Positions 52,250-63,110 of a stretch of DNA of 64,000 nt are shown here, piece after piece. Position 1 is the stretch's first letter; the number at the start of each line of letters is the position of its first letter. The DNA comes from Malacoraja senta (Eukaryota). Location of the stretch: NCBI GenBank assembly GCA_038087875.1, contig CM075989.1:9610001-9674000 (forward strand), in the 5' to 3' direction. Both the position numbers and the translations under genes were made by a program. Below the pieces are notes generated by a model. That model did no database searches, was not told the origin of the DNA, and worked only from the letters and a program-made list of their open reading frames with translations.

Positions 52250-52454
52250 CTGGAGTAACAATCAATCTACTGAAGGAACTCAGTGGATTGAGCAGCATCT
52301 GTGGGTATAAAGGAATGGTCCATCAGGACCTGATGTTTGATCTCAACACAAAACATTGAACATTCCTTTCTAATCACAGATGCTGCTCAAACTGTTGAGT
52401 TCCTGCAACAGATTGTTTGTTCTAGATTCCAGCATCCACAGTATCCTGTGTCTC
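52250..52454. mobile_element. Older palindromic Penelope-derived insertion with 9-bp TSD
   Basis: TSD caaaagatt at 52241-52249 and 52455-52463; arms ggaactcagtggattgagcagcatctgtg / cacagatgctgctcaaactgttgagttcc. Confidence 0.75.
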
Positions 52455-52830
52455 CAAAAGATTGTGGTCCTGTCCACAGCTTAAGTGCAGAGAAAAATTA
52501 ACAATTTTCTATATTATTCACTCTACCTACTGGAGGTGGATCAAAATCAGAGAACTAAGCTGGGCTGAGATCAGACACTTCCAGGTAGGCTGGGAACTTT
52601 TGCATTCTCCCTAGAAGACTTTGTCATGTAAGAGGGAAGAGTTCTACAAAACACTCTAGCTTCCTGTGATTTACCCAAGTAAATCATGTTTATTTACAGC
52701 CTCCATCCATGCTGTCCTCAAGCCATGATTCTAATTGTGCAATTTAATGACAGAATGGAAAAAGGAGCCAATAAAGAGAGTAGAACATTCTTGTTCTTAG
52801 ATGTACCAGATAAACAGATGTTTCACTAAC

Positions 52831-52902
52831 CTCCATAAAAGATATTCCAAAACTCCACACATCTGAATGTATTCCGTACTGTTCTCCCGCTATCCTTTCT
52901 GG
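52831..52902 (-). CDS. map2k5: MEK5 coding exon (72 nt) PERIAGEQYGIHSDVWSFGISFME, phase 0/0
   Basis: Acceptor cttatatttgtttacag, donor gttagt; kinase subdomains VIII (APE) and IX (SDVWS). Confidence 0.97.
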
Positions 52903-54460
52903 CTGTAAACAAATATAAGAGCTGTTTAAGGGCTACATGTATGAACCGTGATCAAAAAACCCAACTGCATTGATTTCATTTTATGTATTTTCATTTCACT
53001 TAAATATATAAATCCTCCTATTTAATAAATTAAACATTACCACCCATATTGTGTTTGCTTCATGAGAAGAAGCAAAGGGACTGCACACTTGCAGCCTTCA
53101 CCAAAGCTGTTCTAATGCCAAGCTCTCAGAGGCAGACGAAAGAATCCATTTGATTTTTACTCTGACTCTCAGGAGAAACCACAAATCTGTGTCCCATTAT
53201 GGTGCAGATGCAGCAACGTTAAAGCTTTAATGAGGAATTTACACATCATTTACATCATTCAGTTAATACCACCATTTTACATTCTTAAATGTAGTTTATC
53301 TATGAAAGTAAATATTGAACAAAATATAATATACATTTTGCTAGTAGAGATCTTAAAACTAGTGAATTACAACGGGTTCCAATGACTACTTTTTCAAAAT
53401 TGCTGTAATAATTAGCATGTTACTAGAGGTGGACTAATAACAGTATGAATCATCAGATTGTGATATGATCAGTGGTTCATTAATGGTTCGTCTGGTCTGC
53501 TGGAATCTGACTTGCTGAAAAGGAAAAATCTTTAAAGCAGCCACAGAAGACTCTCAGATTTCTAGGTGATGTGCCAAAATCAAACATCAGTTTCAAGCAT
53601 TGGCAAAGAATAGGTTGAAATGCAAAGTTTTAATTTTTCTTTCTATATAAAGCAGATCATTTTTAATTGCATCAAGGAAATAAAAGCATTCCTATGCCTT
53701 TTCAAGCACTAATCTGGCCATTGAATGTTTATTGTTTTATAAGAAATGTATCAGAAACATCCAAATAATAGAATAGAATGCCTGGGCAATGACAAAAAAA
53801 AATCAAATTAAATCTGCTGTTTTACAAGAAGGATGAGAAAATATGCAACCAGTTGTAATTATAGATTCTCCCACTACAGAGTACCTTCAAAACCTAATTT
53901 ACATTAACCTTCAGGTTATATGATTAAATAAAGCAGTTTTTCCCATTCAATTACACAGCGATAATTGGCTATAATCAACAGTAATGAAGGGCAAAAGGGT
54001 AACCCAATAAATGCAAAACTACATTTTAACTTCTTTGGAAGTATAAAAAAAAACCTCAGGAATCAATTGTTAAATGGAAGAGTTAGGGGTTCTAACATCT
54101 TCAATTATCCTTCAATTTTCTTGTGCATAACATATGTATGAGGAAGGGCTGCAATTCTATCGGTAATCAGTGCTGTGTTAAGGGATTTTCCACTTCAAAC
54201 CCAAACTGAATTTGGCTGATTCTATTCTCTCTCAATCCCTTAATTTTGAATCCAGATCAGATCACAGTTCATGTGCTTGATTTTAGGATTTAGATTAGGA
54301 AGTGCAGATAATAACAATATTATTAGCTTTGGAGTTGTTACAGATGGAAATAAGATTTTTTTTTTAATGTGAATGAGCTTAAAAGTCGGAGAGTCATTCA
54401 GCATGGAAACATGTTCTTCGGCCCAACGGGTCTGTGCTGGCCATCAGGTCAATAACACGG

Positions 54461-54798
54461 GTAGGCAAAAATGCTGGAGAAACTGAGCGGGTGAAGCAAC
54501 ATCTATGGAGCGAAGGAAATAGGCAACGTTTCGGGTCGAGACCCTTCTTCAGACTGATGTGAGGGTGGGCGGAGGGGACGGGAAGAAGAAAGGAAGAGGC
54601 GGAGACAGTGGGCTGAGGGAGAGCTGGGAAGGGGAGGAGAAAGCCGGGACTACCTGAAATTAGAGAAGTCAATGTTCATACCGCTGGGGTGTAAACTGCC
54701 CAAGCGAAATATGAGGTGCTGCTCCTCCAATTTACGGTGTGCCTCACTCTGGCCATGGAGGAGGCCCAGGACAGAAAGGTCGGATTCGGAATGGGAAG
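54461..54798 (-). mobile_element. Young Penelope-like element 3' end (GIY-YIG C-terminus, stop, 3' region, hammerhead)
   Basis: SHSESDLSVLGLLHGQSEAHRKLEEQHLIFRLGSLHPSGMNIDFSNFR*, homologous to 14520-14669. Confidence 0.92.
54521..54556 (-). ncRNA. Minimal type I hammerhead ribozyme motif
   Basis: cagu-CUGAAGA-a-GGGU cucg ACCC-GAAA-CGUU; AACGUU palindrome; weak helix I. Confidence 0.6.
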
Positions 54799-55089
54799 CT
54801 CACATCTTTGGGATGTGGGAAGTTACCACAGCACCCAGGGGAAACCCACATGGTCAAAGGGAGTATGTGCAAAGAAAACCAGAGGTCAGCATTGGAATTA
54901 ACATTCTACTAACTAAATACAAAAAGGTTTATGATAAATCTCATGTTTATTATATAGCAGGACACCAATAAAAATACAGAGAGTACAGGGGAGAATTGAA
55001 AACTAAAATACAGTCATAGAGAATAGATCATAGAGCCAATCTTTTCTAAACATATGAATATGAAAAGGATAGTCCAATACAAAATTGTA

Positions 55090-55870
55090 ATTGCAGTCAC
55101 CTGTATCTATCCACCCCGTGTTCCTTTGCCTTACCCGCCAGGCCTCTCGCATTAATAAGTGCAATTTAAATCAAGTCCTTCCTCACTCCTGCCATGCTCA
55201 TGCCTATTTTGTCCACTGAACTTTCTTTCATCACCATCCATACTGATTTCCAGCCTCTCACCCACCTCTGTCCTGCATAGGTTCCTGTCCCCCTGCCAAT
55301 TTCGTTTGAAACCACCCGTTTAGCACGAGCGAAGTTGCCTGCTAGGGCACTAGTTCACCTCCAGTTCAGAAGCAATCCATACCATTTTTACAGGTCACCT
55401 CTGCCCCAGAAGAGATCCCAATTTTCCAGAAATTTGAATCCCTGCCCCCTGCACCAACTCCTCAGTCACACATTAATTTTTCCTATCTTCCTGTTCGGAC
55501 CCTCACTAGCACGTGGCACTGGAAGTAATCCAGAGATCACTGCTCTGGAGGTCCTGCTTGTTAACCTTTTACTTAACTCACTATACTCATTTCGCAGTAC
55601 CTCATTCCTTTTCGTTCGCAGCCTCGCCCTTGAAAATGCAAATGCAGTTGCTCCGAGACATCCTGGATCTTGGGATGCAAAATGCCATCCTGGAGTTTCG
55701 ACTACTGCCGCCTATTCTCTCCTGTCTGTGCCACTAACTAAAGAGTCAACCAATCACTATGGCTCTGTCTGGCATTACCCTTCCCTGCTGTGTCTCAGAG
55801 CGAAGCTCAGTGCCACAGCCATGCTGCTCAACCCCGATGTGTCAGTCACCTCCCCCGCAGCATGCAACTT
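55090..55870 (-). mobile_element. CR1 ORF1 remnant (SGNH esterase-like)
   Basis: Minus strand SRTSRAVISGLLPVPRASEG...NVWLRSWCRGQGFKFLENWDLFWGRGDL (with defects). Confidence 0.7.
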
Positions 55871-55884
55871 CCTTATTTAAATAA

Positions 55885-56440
55885 GGGTCATATATGTTTT
55901 GGAGGCATTTCACAAAGGTTCACTGGGCTGATTCCTGGGATGAAGAGGTTACCTTCTGAGGAAAGCTTGAACAGGCAAGACGAATAAAGACTTATTCAAG
56001 TTTTATAAGAATAAATCTTGTTCAAACATTTTTAGAAGGCCTAAGAGGATAGGTACTAAGGCAATGCGTTAGCCTCCAATGCATATATGGAATGCCTCCA
56101 ATGCACATTTAAATAAGGGATGTGGATGCTGGGGGGGGGGGTGACACATTATGGTTGAACAATTGTACCAGTAAGGTAATGCTTACCCTTGAGGCAGAAT
56201 GCAGAATGCAGAAAGAGAATGCCCATTAATGACTGAGATGAGAGAATTGTTCTCTCAGAGTCATAGAGCTTTGGAATCCTCCACATTAGAGAGTCATGGA
56301 GGCTGAAATACTGAAGAATCAGACATACAGATTTTTGGTTTGCAGGGGAATCAAGAGTAATGGCAAGCAGATAAGAAATTGAAGGCAAGGTTGAGACCAG
56401 ATCAACTCTGACCTTAATGGATGGCAGAGCTGGTGCTTTT
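55885..56440 (+). mobile_element. Old CR1 3' fragment
   Basis: ISQRFTGLIPGMKRLPSEESL residues. Confidence 0.65.
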
Positions 56441-56887
56441 TTAATTCTCACATTTTGTACAATGATTCAAGATGTCTTACCATCATCTTCAATTGGGAAT
56501 GGGCGATAACTGCCAGACATTCCACTTGCGCCCACACTCTGAGATTATGAATATAATTCATTGAATTACTTTATCCGTTACAGGTTACATTGGGGTACAC
56601 ATCAGTACCATTCATTTATTTGAAAGCAGTATCAGCTATCAAGGTCCTGTTCTAGAATTTAAAAAAATAATTTTCAAAATCTGAATGCTAGAACCACTTG
56701 CAGCCCTGTCACCAGCCATCTCTTGATCTGCCCAAGTATTGCAGAGATTACCCCGTGTCCACCTGTAGTCTTTCTGTTCTTTCTGGGGATACATCTGTAT
56801 TAGTGGCCTCCTTCCCAAATAATAAATGAGGTTGGAAATATGTCGTTCAGCGAATTACTAGTACACGATTCATATCTCCTCTATTGA

Positions 56888-57065
56888 AGGGTGCAGCATG
56901 GCGCCTAAAACATGGTGACTCTGGAGTACTGGCTCAGTGTGGTCAACTATCTTACACTCTTATATTTAATATGATTGTGCCTATTGTATAGTGAGATTGA
57001 AATTGCACGCAAAAAAATAATTTCACTGCACATAGGTACACATGACAATAAATTACCATTGAACC
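56888..57065 (+). mobile_element. Short non-autonomous element with Rex1/Babar-type tail
   Basis: atggcgcc head; tail gcacgcaaaaaaataatttcactgcacataggtacacatgacAATAAAttaccattgaacca. Confidence 0.5.
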
Positions 57066-58819
57066 ACTTTTTCAGACATTTAACAGTGTTTATTCTCAAA
57101 CTTAATTTTGCCCATATTTATAATGTAAATAAGTTTGTATCAGTATAATCTTTGGGATAATATACATTTTAAATAAAGTGCACTTTTGCATGATGTAAAT
57201 GCTTCGATGTCAGTTCAAAATCAAGAAAGCACCACTTTTGGGGTCTATGATGACTATAAATAAGACTGTATATAAGCCTTATGTACAGGTCAACTACGTA
57301 CACAGATTTACAGATTTCAATGTAAGTAAATGTTGTCTCTAATTAAAATATAATTGATGTGTTTTTGGGTGTGATAATATAAAAATAAACATTGGTTGAA
57401 CTTGTTTGATACAACACTGTCTGACAAATTACAAAGAAAAGCAGGGTAATTTGATTAATGGGCAAAGGCATCTTTAAGCTGGATTTTCATGAGCTATTCT
57501 TCACTCAAAGCAGAAAATAAATTCCATCCAATTAAGACACGGTTGCAAAAGCCATTGTACAAAAAGAGACTTATGTGTTTGAAGTGAGCTTTACAGACTT
57601 GCCCAGCTGTGCTTTTTTCCTTTAATAAACAATATTAGGATTAGATTGTTAGAAAGACTATATTAGTACTTGCAGAAATAGGCAGGACAGAAAAATATCA
57701 CTTGATAAACATGCCATTGCGTAACACCTCCTTCTTGTCTAATTAAACTTACTAAAAGATTAAGTCCCCATCTAAGTAATAAATTAATATTTGGTGTTGG
57801 TTGCTCTATCATTTCAATGCCATAACATGATTCTCTATATTGAGCTGAAAAATAGCTTTGTTTTGTTATAGATAGAGTTTTTTCTTGAACACCATCTTTT
57901 TTCACAGATTGCTAGCTGAATACAATTTGTTTTTCATTTTAAATGTCCTCTCCACCCATGAAGTTAACTCACTCACAAATATCCAATATTTATCTCTGCG
58001 CCCACAGCTAGTTAATTGTGGGGAGATGTGACAATTGTGGTTCAAAATATACCCTCCAAATAGACAGTGGTTACTGGCTAGCCATCAGGATTAGAGATAT
58101 ATAACTGATTTTTCATTCTGTATATAAGGGTCAATTGTTGTACCCCTGCTGAGAGGTCAATACAGCCTGGAGACCGAATATTGAAATCTTCCTGTAAATA
58201 AAGATCTTTGGCACCAGATAAACGCGCTGAGCCATGGGAAAGAGCCTGAGATGCTCAGAAAAATGAAACTGTTATATCACATGGTTCTTAATATGCTCTA
58301 AGCAGTCTGTCTGTAGTTTCCCCACAATAAACTGCACACTGCATGTTCAGCCATCTTGGATGCAGAACATTGTGGGTAATGGAAGAGACTGAAAATTAAT
58401 TAATTGAAAATGCACATTAAAGCACCGGGTTAAATACATAGATCGTCAAAGTCTCATAAGCTTTGAAAAACAAAGTTTATTTCAAGATATGCCAGCCCTT
58501 CCTTGTTCAAAGACTCCTGCAGCTTTCATGAATATATATTGGTATATTATTTTTCACTTTGATTTATGGAGTTATACTATTCAGATTTATTTAGAAATTT
58601 AACATTCCAAAAATTAACTCATAATGTATGCATATATGTCATCAAAAGTTGATACAATTATATTCTAGTATATAAAAGGGCAACAAAGTAATTTACAAGA
58701 CTTCAGAAATTTGACCCGTCTGGCCATTTTGTGGCCAGATGCTGCAATTACACTACAACAGCTGGAAAAGGAAAATTAAGTGGTAAGTGTTGACGCAAAA
58801 ACTTAGATTCAGAAAGGTT

Positions 58820-59130
58820 ATATAGAATGGAAACAGGCCCTTCTTTCCAACTCATCCATGCCGACCAAGTTGCCTACCTGAGCTAGAATTAGTGGGCATT
58901 TGCGAATTTTTGGGAATTATTGTACCTGTCTCAATGCCTTTTAAATGTAGCCTCACCCATTCCATTTTCCACTCACAAAACAAAATTATAATTAAAGATT
59001 AGAGAAGAACATTTTTAAAGGGAACTGAGAGGCAACTTTCTGGCGCTTCATTCCGCATACCCACTATCCTCTGAAAAAATTGCCCCTCAGGTTCCCTTTA
59101 AAATGTTCCCCTCTCAATTTTAATTATGAT
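58820..59130 (-). mobile_element. Rearranged CR1 3' fragments
   Basis: atggaaacaggccctt...ccatgccgaccaag; ttgcccctcaggttcccttta. Confidence 0.6.
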
Positions 59131-59967
59131 TTAGTTTTGAGGGTGTAAAACATAATAACTTTGGAAAAATAAGCAAACTTACAATACATTGGTAAATGAT
59201 ATATACGTACAAAAAATTATGATAACAGATAGAATTTGCGGATGTGTATATACACACTATACAAAACATTTAATAAGAGAAAGAGAAGTGGTAATAACAG
59301 TATGGTTTTGATTTGAATATATGGGCATAAGACACATTTCAAAACAGCACGGTTGTCTCTTTCCAACACCATAAATAAGAATGAAACATCTGGGTGCCCA
59401 ATCTGTAGGTTGAAGCAAGACAGACATCTGCGGGAGCAAACATGATTCCTCCTCAGTCTGAACAAGGATGGAGGCTGAGGATGTATAATTCTTGTAAAAT
59501 AATGATTTATTTGTTATTAATCTCTCTATTGTATTCCTTTCCTGGGTCACTGGTTAGCAAATTTAAAAGTGTTACAAGTGCACAAGGAAGCTGACAAATT
59601 TGCAGATAAAAAAACAGATTTCATCAGCAACTGCATTATCTTCAATGTTCCCATCTCGAGCAATGAAAGCTATAGAAGCACAGTAGAATCGAGAAAAATA
59701 CACAACCTGTATTTTCAAAATGTGGATGCCCACACAGCATGTCTCTGCAAATTAGTTATGTATTTAGCACAGGCTGATTGCATTCTTTCCCGCACTTATA
59801 TATGACTATTAAATTTCACTTGTAAAAGTAGCATACAGAGTTAGAAAATAAATTGAAACAATGTATTCTGTGATTGCCTTAAGAAATACAATACTGTCCA
59901 ATTTATACGGGCATTATTGGGAAAGGCTTTGTTCTGTAACACTTGTAACATCAGTGGATTTACTCAC

Positions 59968-60018
59968 CGCCATATATGCATTTGTTCCCACGTATGTTTT
60001 TGCTATCGAATTCACCAG
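59968..60018 (-). CDS. map2k5: MEK5 coding exon (51 nt) LVNSIAKTYVGTNAYMA, activation loop, phase 0/0
   Basis: Acceptor cacttttctcttgcag, donor gtgagt; SIAKT phospho-acceptor motif of MEK5. Confidence 0.97.
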
Positions 60019-60977
60019 CTGCAAGAGAAAAGTGAAATGTAGTTATGGTCTAGATAGGAATTATCAATGATGAATATTTGCATCCTTATGTCAAGTCTGA
60101 AATAGGGATATGATGAATAAAAGGTGACAGGCTCAGCCACATATACAGGATACAAACTCCTTGCTCACGCTTGATCTTATCCCACAGAATCTCATGGGGT
60201 CCAGAGTTAACGTGAGGACATTCCATGCCCATTCTCTCCTGATCAGATCTCATTAGGCTCCCACCCCTAACAAACCTGCTCATACCCACGATTGTGATGG
60301 AAGAGCTGCATCATTGAAAAGGTATGGTATAATGAATAAGACAATAGTCAAGGCTGTTGTTCTATGTCCTTGTGAGATTGCTCTCCCAATTTTGGCACAA
60401 ATCTGGGTGAATCAACCAGTTTGATGTCCCCTTGTCTGCTTTCATTTTCTATTTTTTGTGTTCTGATACAATTGAGTGTCTCGCAGCCATTTCAGAGAAA
60501 AGTCAAGAACCTAATTTGATGTTGAGTCACTGGCAGGATAGGCTGGGCAAGGTCAACACATTTCATTCCCTAAAGGACATCTGAAAACCACATGAGTTTT
60601 TTTATGGCAATCTACCTAATGCTTCTATGGTCACCATCACCAATACAAGCTTTTTATTTAAGATTTAGTTAATTAAATGAACTTAAGTTTGTCAGCAGCC
60701 TAACTGAGATGTGAACACAAATTTCTAGGTCATTACTCCATACTTATGGATCACAACTACAGTAACATCATAAGCATACACTGTAACCTTACTCTTGTAA
60801 CCCACTGCGCTTTAAACTTGTCTTAAGCAGAAAATGATATTGGGGCAGAGAGGAGAAGAGATATCCAGGAACATGATGATATTTGAGCCAACTGTAATAA
60901 CTGCTTAACCATTGAGGTTTGTGGATTGGGAACAGTAGAACAAGAAGAAAAGGGCAAACTAACATAAGCATACTAGA

Positions 60978-61134
60978 AACAACACAAAATGCTGGAGTAA
61001 TTCAGCGGGTCAGGCAACATCTCTGGAAATGCTGCCTGATCCACTGAGTTACTCCAGCAATTTGTGTCATTTTTGGTTCCTATAGTATGCCTATAGAAAC
61101 GAGTTCTAAGAGTTTACGTTCCTTGTTTCTATAG
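60978..61134. mobile_element. Palindromic Penelope-derived insertion with 10-bp TSD and a second hairpin
   Basis: TSD gcatactaga at 60968-60977 and 61135-61144; arms about 60982-61020 / 61029-61067; perfect 18-bp inverted repeat 61083-61100 / 61125-61142. Confidence 0.85.
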
Positions 61135-61639
61135 GCATACTAGAGTTAAGCGAGTATTGAAAGAAGTGCAAAAAAGGAATTAAGGAGGAAAGATTAGATT
61201 TATAGAGAGAGTAAGATAGAACAAAGACACAGGAACACAAAAGAGAAAAGTAAAAGTAAAAATTAAAAACCTTAAAAATTAAAAAACCTCTCAGGAAAAT
61301 TTACTACATCCATGGTACTACCTTCTATGATAAGTTATTAATTAGGATTACTTTAATCATTGTATTGTTCAGATTGCTCAGTGGAAACCAAAATATTCTC
61401 TGGCAAGCATAGTGCATCCTTAAAATGTAAATACTTTGCGTACTTACAATAAATGAAGTAGTTTGAGTGGGTGAGCTGCCAATATCATGGGGCTAATAGC
61501 AGAGTGTCAGAAATCATCCAAAGCTAGCTGTAGACCTGCTCAATTTCTGCACAATTTACATCTCTTAGTTATTTTGTCAGCAAATTCAGGACAAAGGTGC
61601 TGGAAGCATGCAAGTTCAAGGAAAAGTTTGTGATGGAAG

Positions 61640-62092
61640 TCATACAGTTACCAAAATGAAACCTGGATTAGAGGATATTCACTACAGGTAGAGGTTGGAC
61701 AGACTTGAATTGTTTTCTCTGGAATGCCAGATGTTGCAGGGAGACTAGATAGAAGTCTATAAAAATGTGAGAGGAATAAAGTCAGAACCTTTTTCCCCAA
61801 AATGGAAAAATCAAATACGAGAGGGCATATTTTTAAGGTGAGAGGGGAAAGGTTTAAAGGAGATGTGCAGGGCAAGGGTTTTTTTTACACGGTGGTTGGT
61901 GTGTGCCTGGATCACGCTGCCCCGGGGTGGTGGTTGATGCAAATGCAAGAGTGGCATTTAGACACTTTTGGATAGGCATATAAATACACAGGGAAAGGAA
62001 GGGTATGGATTATGTGCAGGCAGATAAGAGATGGTCGGCATCATGTCCAGCACAGACAATGTGGGCCAAGGGGCTTTCTCTGCTATATTGTT
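61640..62092 (+). mobile_element. CR1 3' fragment
   Basis: GLEDIHYR.RLDRLELFSLE...GHIFKVRGERFKGDVQG; tail gggccaagggctttctctgc. Confidence 0.8.
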
Positions 62093-62559
62093 GAGATTTG
62101 CATCAGTTGAAATTTGTGCAAAATGGTGTTTGAAAAGTTGGCCCCTCCTGGTCATGTTCCTAATACAGGACTGGTGAAGGTGAGCCCAGCCGTTTGCTGA
62201 GGCACAGGAGCATGGCATCCAGCAGTGCACATCATAGAAGTCCCTTCACACACTCGGTTTCATGCATTTGTCCACGACAATACTGGTAGACCTCTGAACA
62301 TCCCATCTTCACAAAGAGAATGTACTCCATCATGTTACGTGGTATTACAAATGTGCTACTTGGGATAGTTTCAGAACAGATCTGGCAGCTCCCTTGAGGT
62401 GCCTTGATCAATCCTTTAGCAGTTGACCATCACAATCGGTTGCCTCATGGCTCAGTGCATTCCTCACTCCACCATTACCATTAAGCCAGGAGCTTGTTAG
62501 GAGCAGTAAATAGAAAAACTGAAGGTGATGGAAAACCAGAATAAAAACAGACCATATTC

Positions 62560-63110
62560 AATCTAAATATTAATTCTGTTTGTCTTTCCTCAGACACTGG
62601 TTGATCAGCCAGACGTTTCCACAACATATAAAAATGAGGTGTCAAACTTGTGAAGCTGCAATGCAGATCTACCAATGAAAACAGCGATTTCACAATAAAC
62701 AGTAGATTAGACCCGTACAATCCTTTCACATCTTGATACTAATGGTAGTGGACAATGAAACTGTTGGAGGACCCTCGAACAATATCCTCATTCTCAAAGA
62801 AGGCAGAGGTCAGCATTTGAGTGGTAACGAAGAGGCTGAAGTATTGCAACCAAATTAAGCCAGACGCTTCAAAGAAATGATCCCTCAGCTTTCTCTTAAG
62901 GTCCCCACCATCACAATTCGATTCAATGAAAGCCACGTGATATCAAACAAATGACTGAGTGCACTGGATACAACCAAGGCTATGGGATCAGAAAACATCT
63001 CTGTAGTACTGAAGAACATCACTCCAGAACTAGTTGCACCTCTACCCTAGCTGCTCAATAATGGCTACAACAGGAAATGTTGTCCATCTGTAGGCCATAA
63101 ACAAGACTAA
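62560..63110 (+). mobile_element. Old CR1/L2-group LINE ORF2 fragment
   Basis: LSALDTTKAMGSENI...VLKNITPELVAPL residues at 62955-63050. Confidence 0.6.

Larger units (their letters stand above)
54390..54875 (-). mobile_element. V-SINE remnant split by a Penelope insertion
   Basis: Tail 54390-54455 and body cacatctttgggatgtggga...gaaacccacatggtca at 54800-54875. Confidence 0.65.

Noticed and set aside
57604-57621. PTF1A-RBPJ composite site (CAGCTG...TTTCC)
   Set aside because: Spacing and TC-box deviate from consensus
113-61134. Recurring palindromic repeats as a CRISPR-like array or classical MITE
   Set aside because: Dispersed rather than regularly spaced; eukaryotic host; variable 9-15 bp TSDs and continuity with GIY-YIG ORFs indicate retrotransposition
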